From Candidatus Omnitrophota bacterium (GTDB lineage: Bacteria; Omnitrophota; Gorgyraeia; Velamenicoccales; JABMQK01): a stretch of DNA of 64,000 nt. Both the position numbers and the translations under genes were made by a program. Where the stretch lies: contig JAQTSV010000001.1 of the NCBI GenBank assembly GCA_028711115.1, forward strand, positions 454,032-518,031, written 5' to 3'. Shown in pieces: positions 55,974 through 64,000 of this stretch. Position 1 is the first letter of the stretch. Each line of letters opens with the position of its first letter. Under the pieces are notes generated by a model. That model ran no database searches, was not told the DNA's origin, and saw nothing but the letters and a program-made list of their open reading frames with translations.

Positions 55974-58670
55974 TCAGCCTAAAATAATATTTATATTTAT
56001 TTGATTGAAACGGAAAGATTGGAGAGCGCTTCTTTTTACGCGGATTTCTCTGCCTGATATCTTTTGGAAGGCCACATTAGCTTTCACCTGTTTAATCGAA
56101 TATGCGGCATAATCTTTTTTACGGGGATTAAAATAGGAGATTTTTACGCGCTTGTCTAAAAAATTGAACTGCACGCAGACCTCTTTGGATTTTTTGAATT
56201 GTTCTTTGGTTAATTTGGGAGAAATTACAAGGTCACCGAGTTCTGCGTTTACGCCGAATGCCTGCGTGAGCAGAGTCAGGATAAACCAGCTGGCTGAGCC
56301 GGTAAGATATGAATACATTCCGTGGCCATTCAAATTAAAATATTCCGGCAGGTTCGGATAGATTTTACTTGCATTGCTGTTGGCAGCCAATTCATACAGG
56401 GAATTAAGCACTTCATAACCTTCTTTGGCAAATCCCCGCGAATATAAAGCGTAAGAAAACATAACGCACATATGTGAGAATATCGCGCCGTTTTCTTTTT
56501 CGCCGTAGGCAAATGAAAACGCCCTGCCTAAATCTAATTGTGGCGTTTTGAAATCGGTGTTTAACCTGAAGCCTTTCAGTTTCTTATCCTGTAAATATAA
56601 AGTTGCTGCTTTATATATCTTTCTGATTTGTTTTTCTGTGGCAATGCCGCTTAATATGGCAAATACCTGTCCGGTTAAAGTCATTCTTACTTGATTGTTG
56701 AATTTTCCTTCCACGCGCCTGGATTTATTATCGTAATATCCGTTGAAAAATCCTGTGTCGCGGCTTATATCAATCCATTCTTTATCCTGAATGTGTTTTG
56801 ACAGCCAGTCTGCCTTGCGCCTTAAATCTTTGATAACTTCTTCGATTGCGATTTTCACTGTTTTACCTGAGACACTGAGTCTGGTGGCATTCAAGTATTT
56901 ATCCAAGAGTTTAGTTTTTGCCCGGACTGAATTATAATTCGCGGGATTATTCAGCGTATCCAATAGAATAATTATTTCTTTTAGAAGACAGATGTGTTTT
57001 ATTTTCTTTGTCTGTTTTAATTTTTCCAGTAAATCGGCGATCTTGGAAAAATTGTGAGCATAAAAAGCGCTGAAGGCGACGCTTTCGCCTTTTTGCGCTG
57101 CCATATCCAGTCCGTCATTCCAGTCGGCATTTTCCAGGCGTATGGAATTGTGCGGGCCGACATTAAAGAACTGCACAAGGTGCTGGATTAAAATATGCTC
57201 TAGGATAGTTCCTGTATAGATTTTATTCTGCTTGGTTTTCAGATGATTATCGCCGCTGTAGTTAAAATCTATTTCTCTGGCACGCATAATCTGTGAATCC
57301 CTGAAATACGCGGTTTTTTCCAGCAGGATATTTAGATTTGCGGTCTGATTGATATAGAGTTCTAACGTAAAGAACGGCCACAAACCGTGGTCCATCCATA
57401 CGCGCGGGATTTTATTCCTGTCAGAGATAAAACAGCCGGGTTTTTTGGTAACGATGGTGGCGTTTGTAGCGTCTATGCGCACGCCGGAGAAATTCGAACG
57501 CAGGAGATAATCTATATCTTTGGGTTGTGTCAGTGAAAGTGCGAGGCAATCCTGCCATAAGTCGCGCCAGCCTTTTCCGCCGCGGCCGTAATCAAAGTCA
57601 GGCAGAAAAGAACAGCCGTAAATTTTTCGCAAAGCAGGCTGCAGGTTTACCCAGCGCAGCCAGTTATCGTAATTATAATCGCCGGTATTAAACGAGAGAT
57701 TATTAATTTTATTTTTCCAGTAAATTTTGTTTTCTTCCAAAGCTGTTTTTATTTTCACGATTGTATTAAATTTTTTCAGCGTTTTGTAGATATCGCTTTC
57801 TGCCTGGGCGATTCCTAAAATCAGGCCAAAATATAGGCATTGTCCGGGTTTCAATGTTTTGGTTTTGAAACGCAATGCAGCCATTGCCTCTTTGCCTGAC
57901 AACTCTTCGGTTGATAATTTCCGGGGAGATAAATTTTCTAGAACAGCCAGAGGTTTCTGCGGATTTGCGCCTTCGCCTGTGAATGATTCCTGTGTGGGAA
58001 AAGTTCCCGCAGGTGGTTGATTGTTATTATCAATGCCGAACACATAATATGAGGTATGATTTATTCTGTGTCCTCGTTCGTCAAAAGACATAACGGGTTT
58101 AACAACTACACCGTATTTATCTTGCTTGATTCGATGTAATAACGATGTCACGTGGCGGTGGTCTCTTAAATTATCGGCTGAGCGGCAGAATAGAGGAATC
58201 GCAGAGGTAGGTGTAATTTCCAGATTAGAGCCGGATATATTTGTTATCTTGATGAGCTCTAGCTCTGCTGCGTCCTGAGTTACAGGAATAAAATTGGTTA
58301 TTTCTGCCTCAAGCCCCAGGCTTGCATTTTTTCTTGTGAGCTTATGATACAGATGCCCTGCCTCGAGAGTAATTTTATCTTTTGAATTGGTTGTACCGTT
58401 TCCCGCCAAGGGCCAGGCCTTCTTATTTTTATTCAGATAAATCCAGAAATCCCGCGCTGAATTCTTATCGGCCAGGTCAGAGCGCGAAAGTGGCAGCATA
58501 AGAAAAGAGTTATTGTCGGTTTTTATGTCTCCTTTAAGCTGCGGCGTGACAGAAGACATTACCGGGGTTTCATTGGCTAAAGGAAAATAAAGGCAGGATA
58601 TTTTCTGCGTATCCTTAGCAATAAATGTCCCGCAATTATCGGTAAATTTCCAGAATGAATTTGTATTCAT
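55974..58670 (-). CDS. GH94-like glycoside phosphorylase family protein (cellobiose/chitobiose phosphorylase-related, COG3459-type)
   Basis: N-terminal FPLANE..MSSVTPQLKGDIK pattern, the catalytic-region motif NADWNDGLD, and (alpha/alpha)6-barrel-sized C-terminal half; 898 aa. Confidence 0.6.
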   Translation of the reverse strand: MNTNSFWKFTDNCGTFIAKDTQKISCLYFPLANETPVMSSVTPQLKGDIKTDNNSFLMLPLSRSDLADKNSARDFWIYLNKNKKAWPLAGNGTTNSKDKITLEAGHLYHKLTRKNASLGLEAEITNFIPVTQDAAELELIKITNISGSNLEITPTSAIPLFCRSADNLRDHRHVTSLLHRIKQDKYGVVVKPVMSFDERGHRINHTSYYVFGIDNNNQPPAGTFPTQESFTGEGANPQKPLAVLENLSPRKLSTEELSGKEAMAALRFKTKTLKPGQCLYFGLILGIAQAESDIYKTLKKFNTIVKIKTALEENKIYWKNKINNLSFNTGDYNYDNWLRWVNLQPALRKIYGCSFLPDFDYGRGGKGWRDLWQDCLALSLTQPKDIDYLLRSNFSGVRIDATNATIVTKKPGCFISDRNKIPRVWMDHGLWPFFTLELYINQTANLNILLEKTAYFRDSQIMRAREIDFNYSGDNHLKTKQNKIYTGTILEHILIQHLVQFFNVGPHNSIRLENADWNDGLDMAAQKGESVAFSAFYAHNFSKIADLLEKLKQTKKIKHICLLKEIIILLDTLNNPANYNSVRAKTKLLDKYLNATRLSVSGKTVKIAIEEVIKDLRRKADWLSKHIQDKEWIDISRDTGFFNGYYDNKSRRVEGKFNNQVRMTLTGQVFAILSGIATEKQIRKIYKAATLYLQDKKLKGFRLNTDFKTPQLDLGRAFSFAYGEKENGAIFSHMCVMFSYALYSRGFAKEGYEVLNSLYELAANSNASKIYPNLPEYFNLNGHGMYSYLTGSASWFILTLLTQAFGVNAELGDLVISPKLTKEQFKKSKEVCVQFNFLDKRVKISYFNPRKKDYAAYSIKQVKANVAFQKISGREIRVKRSALQSFRFNQININIILG

Positions 58671-58855
58671 ATGCTTAATTTGCTTTTATTTACGTAAGCA
58701 CCAGTATAAAACATATTTTTTGTTCTTACAAGTTTTTTAAATATTTGTCAATATGTGAAAATTATCATTGACGTAAGTTATGAAATAGTCTATAAAATAG
58801 TAAGATGTTGTTGTTTCGCAGTTTTTATTCTATGAGGATTATTCAATAACAGAAT

Positions 58856-60262
58856 ATGTCAGTCAGGATTAAATTCTTAGGCGGCGTACAGACAGTCACG
58901 GGCTCAAGCCATTTAGTCTCCACGAGATTTTCCGATATACTTATTGATTGCGGTTTATTCTATGGCCGCCGCGATGAGTTCTATGAGCTGAATTCTTCCT
59001 TTAAATACAATCCGCGCGAGCTGGACGCGGTATTGTTGTCCCACGCGCATATCGACCATTGCGGAAATCTTCCCAATTTAATCAAAAGAGGATTACACTG
59101 TAAGATTTATACTACCTCTGCCACCAAGGATTTGTGCAGCCTGATGTTGGCGGACAGCGGTAAGGTCCAGGAAGAAGATGTCCGCTATCTGAATAAGATA
59201 AACCGCCGCTTAGGCCAAAGGCAGCGTATGCGCCGTCCTCTTTATACAGAAAAGGAAGGCCGCCACAGCCTGCGCAAATTCCGGGCATTATCTTATCGCC
59301 AGAGATTCAAAGTTACCAAAGATGTTACCTGTACTTTTTATGACGCCGCGCATATTCTGGGCTCAAGCATTATTGTCTTGGATATTAATTCAGACAGAAA
59401 CAACAATATGCGTATTGGCTATGCTGTGGACTTGGGGCGCAAAGGCCTGCCTTTGTTAAATGAGCCTACCATAATCGAAGGTATGGACTATTTGATTTTG
59501 GAAAGCACCTACGGCGGCAGGGTACATAGCCCTATTGCTGAGGCAAAGAATAAATTAAAAGATGCAATCAACAGGACAATAGAGCGCTCCGGAAAAGTAA
59601 TCATTCCTTCTTTTGCTCTGGAGAGGGCGCAGGAGGTTATATATTTTTTAAATGAACTCATAAAGGAAAAACAAATACCGCCGATTCCTATTTATGTGGA
59701 TAGCCCTCTGGCGACGAACATCACTGATGTTTTCCGTACGCACTACGGCTATCTCGATAACGAGACGCGTATGGCCATGAAGAGTAAGAAAGAAGGGCCT
59801 TTTGATTTTGTTAATCTCAACTATATCGCCGACAGGAATGATTCCAAGTCGCTGAATAACGATAAGCGCCCCATGATTATTATCGCCGGCTCAGGCATGT
59901 GTGAAGCAGGAAGGATTCTGCACCATCTTAAAAATAATATCACAGAATCCAAAAATACGGTTTTGGTTGTAGGTTATATGGCAGAGAATACTTTGGGTAA
60001 GAAGATAGTGGAGAGGCAGCGTTATGTGCGTATATATGGCGTGGAGTATGAACTGAATGCAGAGGTGGTGGTGATTAACGCCTTTTCCGGCCACGCCGAT
60101 AAAAATGAATTATGCGAATACGTCAAGTCGTGCCTGCCAATAAAGAAGGTATTTATTGTGCACGGAGAAAAAGAGCAGTCAGAGAACATAGCCGGTCTTT
60201 TATCGCAATCCGGCATAAATACGCACATACCCGAAAAATACGAAGAAGCAGTATTGACATAG
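58856..60262 (+). CDS. metallo-beta-lactamase / beta-CASP family ribonuclease (CPSF/RNase J-like)
   Basis: LSHAHIDHCG (HxHxDH), ESTYG, and C-terminal SGHAD motifs. Confidence 0.8.
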   Translation: MSVRIKFLGGVQTVTGSSHLVSTRFSDILIDCGLFYGRRDEFYELNSSFKYNPRELDAVLLSHAHIDHCGNLPNLIKRGLHCKIYTTSATKDLCSLMLADSGKVQEEDVRYLNKINRRLGQRQRMRRPLYTEKEGRHSLRKFRALSYRQRFKVTKDVTCTFYDAAHILGSSIIVLDINSDRNNNMRIGYAVDLGRKGLPLLNEPTIIEGMDYLILESTYGGRVHSPIAEAKNKLKDAINRTIERSGKVIIPSFALERAQEVIYFLNELIKEKQIPPIPIYVDSPLATNITDVFRTHYGYLDNETRMAMKSKKEGPFDFVNLNYIADRNDSKSLNNDKRPMIIIAGSGMCEAGRILHHLKNNITESKNTVLVVGYMAENTLGKKIVERQRYVRIYGVEYELNAEVVVINAFSGHADKNELCEYVKSCLPIKKVFIVHGEKEQSENIAGLLSQSGINTHIPEKYEEAVLT

Positions 60263-60319
60263 AATAATAAAAATTAAATTGCCTGCTTATAAGTTTATTA
60301 ATTATAATAATTATACGCG

Positions 60320-60874
60320 ATGAAGAAACATATCTTTAAAATTATGGTTTTGTTTTTATGCTTGAGTTTTTCTTCTTGCGCTACATTTTCTGAAAGTGCA
60401 GATTATTATAGGCGCGCCCGTTATCTGGCAAGGAAGAATAATTGCGATAAAGCATTTATGCAGCTTAAGGAATTATTGAGCAATGAACCTAATTCTAAAT
60501 ATGCGCCTGCGGCATCTTTTAGTGTCGGCGAGTATTATCTTGATAAAGAGGATTACCCGGATGCACTGGTTGCTTTCCAGGAATATATAAAATACTATCC
60601 CGACGATCCCGCGGTTATATTTGCTGAATTAATTATTTATAAAATCGGTTCTCAAATAAAGAAGAATAAGGAAGTTTCGTCCCAGGAGCAATATCTTTTT
60701 GAAACCATAAGACAAAAAATATTATCCAAGCCGCTGTTCCTTTTTGTTTTCAACGACAACATAGACAGGATTTCCTATAGCTCATTGTTTGGTAATAGCT
60801 ACATAGTCTTTTATTCCAAGAATAAGATTATAGCAATACGCAATGGCAAGGTTTTTGTGGAGCTCATCAGGTAG
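60320..60874 (+). CDS. TPR-like lipoprotein (BamD/YbgF-like, tentative)
   Basis: Lipobox LSFSSCAT. NSKYAPAASFSVGEYYLDKEDYPDALVAFQEYIKYYPDD resembles BamD/YbgF TPR repeats. Confidence 0.4.
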   Translation: MKKHIFKIMVLFLCLSFSSCATFSESADYYRRARYLARKNNCDKAFMQLKELLSNEPNSKYAPAASFSVGEYYLDKEDYPDALVAFQEYIKYYPDDPAVIFAELIIYKIGSQIKKNKEVSSQEQYLFETIRQKILSKPLFLFVFNDNIDRISYSSLFGNSYIVFYSKNKIIAIRNGKVFVELIR

Positions 60875-60910
60875 AGTTATTTTTGATTGTAAAACTCTAT
60901 CATTCCGCCT

Positions 60911-60944
60911 AAAAAAGAAACCCCGGACTGTACGAAAGTCCGAG
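60911..60944 (-). terminator. Rho-independent terminator of the riboswitch transcript
   Basis: The minus strand shows CUCGGACU-UUCGUAC-AGUCCGGG (8 bp including one G:U) followed by GUUUCUUUUUU. Confidence 0.75.
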
Positions 60945-61126
60945 GCTGTTGAGAAGCCCCGAAAAGTTTTTCCTAAAAACTGCTTTCCTTCGGCAACCCA
61001 GCCGCCATGTCACTTGTGTACTCGGTTTTTTCCTTGCAACCTCAGCAATCGCAAGGACTTGCAAGTGGTTTAGGCCTGTCGGCTTTGCGCCCCCTGATTT
61101 CTCAGGGTTTACCTTTTCGGGCCAGT
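60911..61126 (-). promoter_or_regulatory. c-di-GMP-I (GEMM-I) riboswitch: aptamer about 61113 to 60992 plus terminator-type expression platform
   Basis: The minus strand reads GGUAAACC-CUGA-GAAA-UCAG-GGGGCGCAAAGCC-GACAGGCCUAAACCACUUG...CAAGUGACAUGGCGGCUGGGUUGCC. This parallels the Vc2 aptamer core: P2 with a GAAA loop, the CGCAAAGCC junction, the CCUAAAC strand and the GGGUUxCC 3' strand. P1 GGUAA/UUGCC pairs fully. Confidence 0.8.
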
Positions 61127-61131
61127 AAAAG

Positions 61132-61158
61132 TATATAACAAAATCAGGCGACTTTCAA
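61132..61158 (-). promoter_or_regulatory. sigma70-like promoter with extended -10 driving the riboswitch
   Basis: On the minus strand: TTGAAA (61158-61153), 15-nt spacer ending in TGT, TATATA (61137-61132). The predicted start is near 61126. Confidence 0.5.
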
Positions 61159-61326
61159 GGTGTGGTATTTATATATTTATTATAAAAAAAGATTTCTTTA
61201 TCTCTTAACTTCTAGTAAATAAATGATTTATCTGTCAGAATAAAAATGCTTGTCTAGATAGTTTGAGGAGATTATAATATTAGCACTTGTAAGGTGCGCA
61301 TTTGCTTGTTAAACAGTGAGGTGTTT

Positions 61327-61596
61327 ATGGATAAGATAAAAATAGAAAAACCCACAGAGGCAAGACTCAAGCAATTAAATGTAAAAAGCTGGAGCCCCTG
61401 GGAGTGCGAGCCTTCTGTTTTTGACTGGGAATACGATTGTGATGAAAGTGCGTATGTATTAGAAGGCAGAGTGAAGGTAAAAACTTCCGCAGAAGAGGTA
61501 GAGATAAAAAAGGGCGACCTCGTGCATTTCCCCAAAGGTTTAAAGTGCAGTTGGAATGTCATAGAAAAGATTAAGAAAGTTTATACATTGAAATAA
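61327..61596 (+). CDS. small cupin (DUF861/cupin_3-like)
   Basis: WSPWECEPSVFDWEYDCDESAYVLEGRVKV....IKKGDLVHFPKGLKCSWNV...KKVY pattern. ATG at 61327 with a GTGAGG SD. The track ORF start at 61294 is an upstream extension. Confidence 0.7.
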   Translation: MDKIKIEKPTEARLKQLNVKSWSPWECEPSVFDWEYDCDESAYVLEGRVKVKTSAEEVEIKKGDLVHFPKGLKCSWNVIEKIKKVYTLK

Positions 61597-61650
61597 AAAA
61601 GTGCTGAGTTAGTCAGATTTATAATAACATCTCATCAAAAGGAGGACGTA

Positions 61651-61971
61651 ATGAAGAGATGTAAAAAATGCAAAGTACCTCTTTCGGGATTTTTAGGTAA
61701 GGTTTCCAAGATTGTTGCAAAGGTTAAGCCGTCCGAGAAGTTTTTGGGAGTCTGCAATAAATGCGAGCCAAAAGATGAACCCAAAGGCAAGTACTTATGC
61801 CAGATATGTGCCAGAGAGATCGATGAATCAGCTGCGCTTATGCATGTAAAGACTGAGGAGTATTTGCTGGAGCTAATCCGCAAAGACCATCCGGAGTGGA
61901 AGGAAAATAAAAGTACCTGTCCTCATTGCATTGAATACTACAGGGCACTGATAAAGAAAGCAGAGATATGA
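61651..61971 (+). CDS. hypothetical Cys-rich protein (four CxxC pairs, two predicted zinc ribbons)
   Basis: CKKC, CNKC, CQIC and CPHC motifs; SD AAGGAGG upstream; stop overlaps the pfkB-family start (ATGA). Confidence 0.5.
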   Translation: MKRCKKCKVPLSGFLGKVSKIVAKVKPSEKFLGVCNKCEPKDEPKGKYLCQICAREIDESAALMHVKTEEYLLELIRKDHPEWKENKSTCPHCIEYYRALIKKAEI

Positions 61972-62867
61972 GCATAATTGTTTTAGGCACGGTTGCCCTG
62001 GATACTGTAAAGACGCCTTCCGGGAAAAGAAAAGAAATGCTGGGCGGTTCAGCTTCGCATTTTGCTATGAGCGCGCGGTTGTTTACCAATGTAAATCTGG
62101 TGGCAATTGTCGGCGAGGACTTTCCCAAGAGACACATAGATTTTTTAAGAAAGAAAGGGGTAATCCTCACATCTTTGATTAAAGAAAAAGGCAAGACATT
62201 CCGTTGGGAAGGCGAATACAGCGGCGATTTAAATACCGCGCTAACATTGAATACAGAATTGGGCGTGTTATCGGCTTTCAGGCCCAAGATAGCCGAACAT
62301 CAAAGATATATAGAGTATATCTTTTTGGCAAATGTTGATCCCGAAATTCAGAGCCATTTGCTGGATAATATGAGGCGGCCCAAGCTGGTCGGGCTTGACA
62401 GCATGAATTACTGGATCAGGCATAAAAAAAGGCAATTGCTGAGACTTTTAAAGAGGGTGGATATTTATGTGGCAAACGACGCAGAGTCGAGGGAACTTTC
62501 CGGCGAGTCGAATTTAATTAAGGCCGCAAAAAAACTGCGTTCTTTCGGCCCGGAGATGATCGTGATAAAAAAAGGAGAGCACGGCGTCATATTTTATTGT
62601 GATAAATTTGTGTTTTCTTTGCCGGGATATCCTATAACCAGGGTGGTTGATCCCACCGGCGCAGGCGATACATTTGCCGGCGGGCTTATGGGTTATTTGG
62701 CCAGGCAAGGTAAAATTAATGAAGCCAATATAAAAAAGGCCATTGCCTATGCCACAGTAGCTGCTTCTTTCAATGTGGAAGATTTTGGCTTGAGCCGGAC
62801 ATCCAGATTGACAATGCAGGATATACAGGAAAGATTAATCGCTTTTAAAAAATGTATGTTTTTTTAA
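61968..62867 (+). CDS. PfkB-family carbohydrate/nucleoside kinase
   Basis: N-terminal GG dipeptide region (LGGSASHFA) and C-terminal DPTGAGDTFAGG. Confidence 0.8.
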   Translation: MSIIVLGTVALDTVKTPSGKRKEMLGGSASHFAMSARLFTNVNLVAIVGEDFPKRHIDFLRKKGVILTSLIKEKGKTFRWEGEYSGDLNTALTLNTELGVLSAFRPKIAEHQRYIEYIFLANVDPEIQSHLLDNMRRPKLVGLDSMNYWIRHKKRQLLRLLKRVDIYVANDAESRELSGESNLIKAAKKLRSFGPEMIVIKKGEHGVIFYCDKFVFSLPGYPITRVVDPTGAGDTFAGGLMGYLARQGKINEANIKKAIAYATVAASFNVEDFGLSRTSRLTMQDIQERLIAFKKCMFF

Positions 62868-62887
62868 ATATCTAGAAGGAAGGAGAC

Positions 62888-63685
62888 ATGAAGAGACCGA
62901 TCGGCGTATTTGATTCAGGGGTGGGCGGTTTAACCGTGGTCAAAGAATTGATGCGTCTTCTGCCCAATGAGAATATTATTTATTTCGGAGATACCGCGCG
63001 CGTGCCTTACGGAATAAAATCCAAGGAGACAATAGTAAAATTTTCTCTGGAAAATATATTATTTTTATTAAAGCAGGAAGTGAAGACAATTGTTATCGCC
63101 TGCAATACGTCTTCCAGCACGGCGCTGCCATTATTAAAAAGGCATTTTAAGATTCCTATAATCGGCGTTATCGGCCCCGGCGTAAAAGAGGCTATCTATG
63201 CCACCAGAAATAAACGCATAGGAGTGATTGCCACAAAGGCGACAATAAACAGCCATGCTTACGAGCGCCAGATAAAAAGGTTGAATCCCAAGATAAAAGT
63301 CTTTAACCAGGCCTGTCCCTTGCTGGTTCCTTTGGCTGAAGAGGGCTGGGCGCGTCGTAAAGAAACGCGCGACATTGCAAATTTTTATCTGAAGCCGATG
63401 AAAAAATCAGGCATTGATACATTGATTTTGGGCTGCACACACTATCCTTTACTTAAAGAAGTATTGCGCAGAGTCTTGGGAAATTCTGTAAGGCTTATTG
63501 ATTCTGCGCGGCAGGTCGCTTACGAGACAAAGGAGATTCTTGCCAGCGAAGGCCTGTTGAATAATAAAAAGAAACAGGGTAAATATATTTTTTATGTCAG
63601 CGACGAGCTCCAGCAATTTAAAAAATTAGCCAAGAATTTCCTGGGTAAAGATATAGAAAATCTAAAAAAGGTAAACAATGTTTGA
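62888..63685 (+). CDS. murI: glutamate racemase
   Basis: GVFDSGVGGLTV, ACNTSS and GCTHYP catalytic motifs. Confidence 0.92.
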   Translation: MKRPIGVFDSGVGGLTVVKELMRLLPNENIIYFGDTARVPYGIKSKETIVKFSLENILFLLKQEVKTIVIACNTSSSTALPLLKRHFKIPIIGVIGPGVKEAIYATRNKRIGVIATKATINSHAYERQIKRLNPKIKVFNQACPLLVPLAEEGWARRKETRDIANFYLKPMKKSGIDTLILGCTHYPLLKEVLRRVLGNSVRLIDSARQVAYETKEILASEGLLNNKKKQGKYIFYVSDELQQFKKLAKNFLGKDIENLKKVNNV

Positions 63686-64000
63686 GATTTCCATAAAATC
63701 AGAATTCAGTTCAGCGCATAACTTAAGAGGATATCTGGGGAAATGCGAATCTCTGCACGGCCATAATTGGCAGGTCGAGGCAATAGTTACCTCGAATAAA
63801 TTAGACAAGATTGGTATGGCTATCGATTTTAAGAAACTCAAAAAGATTATAAACGGTATAACAGAAAAACTCGACCACAAATATCTAAACGAATTAGTTT
63901 TCTTCAAACATATCAATCCCACCTCGGAAAATATAGCAAAATTTATTTTTAATAAAGCAAAACCTCTGTTAAAGAAAGAGTCAGTCTCTTTAAAGAGCAT
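63678..64000 (+). CDS. queD: 6-carboxy-5,6,7,8-tetrahydropterin synthase (partial, runs off the window)
   Basis: ATG at 63678 overlaps the murI end by 8 nt. Product MFEISIKSEFSSAHNLRGYLGKCESLHGHNWQVEA... carries the QueD/PTPS Cys-His-His signature. It is not in the ORF track because there is no stop in the window. Confidence 0.8.
   Translation, partial: MFEISIKSEFSSAHNLRGYLGKCESLHGHNWQVEAIVTSNKLDKIGMAIDFKKLKKIINGITEKLDHKYLNELVFFKHINPTSENIAKFIFNKAKPLLKKESVSLKS

Noticed and set aside
60843-61073. 76-aa plus-strand ORF in the track.
   Set aside because: It overlaps the end of the lipoprotein gene and the riboswitch. It has no SD and its composition is odd (Pro/Arg/Cys-rich), consistent with translating structured RNA antisense.
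60911-61126. I first read this RNA as an SRP RNA, because CCGAAGGAAAGCAG (about 60993-60980, minus strand) resembles the domain IV consensus CCGGAAGGAAGCAGC and the 5' and 3' ends pair.
   Set aside because: No proper helix 8 could be built: the tetraloop is wrong and there is no complementary 5' strand. The whole 5' two-thirds matches the c-di-GMP-I aptamer far better, so the AGCAG similarity is coincidental and lies in the expression platform.
63662-64000. 112-aa minus-strand ORF at the window end.
   Set aside because: It is antisense to a clear queD reading frame (CESLHGHNW signature) that starts at 63678 on the plus strand.
1-64000. I scanned the intergenic regions by eye for CRISPR arrays, IS elements, transposases, integrases, reverse transcriptases and rRNA genes.
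   Set aside because: No spaced direct repeats, no terminal inverted repeats flanking an ORF, and no ORF with the corresponding signatures were seen. This was a visual scan only, so short or degenerate repeats could have been missed.

Overview
This is a densely coded (about 90%) 64-kb chromosomal segment from a low-GC, apparently diderm bacterium (LptF/LptG, a beta-barrel porin, BamD/BamE-like lipoproteins); I cannot assign taxonomy from sequence alone. Most of it is housekeeping: thiL, tsaE/tsaB, alr, lptFG, comF, pyrE, maf, smpB plus tmRNA, pcm, arfB, rlmB, glgP, trpBA, rsfS, argS, recJ, rpmB, murI and queD. RNA genes are tRNA-Leu(CAG), tRNA-Phe(GAA) and tmRNA. Accessory content includes a NikR-linked nickel ECF uptake locus with its own porin, and five radical-SAM genes, three of them B12-binding class B. 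c-di-GMP components are a PilZ protein, a PAS-GGDEF-HD-GYP enzyme and a c-di-GMP-I riboswitch. I found no CRISPR array, transposase, integrase or prophage gene. The strongest candidates for something new are: (1) an orphan c-di-GMP-I riboswitch (minus strand, about 61126 to 60911) with its own promoter and terminator, aimed at the 3' end of a convergent gene and with no downstream ORF; (2) an AT-rich single-gene insertion encoding an RNxxxH (HEPN-like) protein next to a single-chain UvrD-helicase/PD-(D/E)XK nuclease; (3) an AT-rich two-gene module directly downstream of tmRNA, made of a B12-radical-SAM enzyme with a C-terminal PqqD-like peptide-recognition domain plus a large polytopic membrane protein. 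All functional calls come from motif reading by eye. No database search was run.
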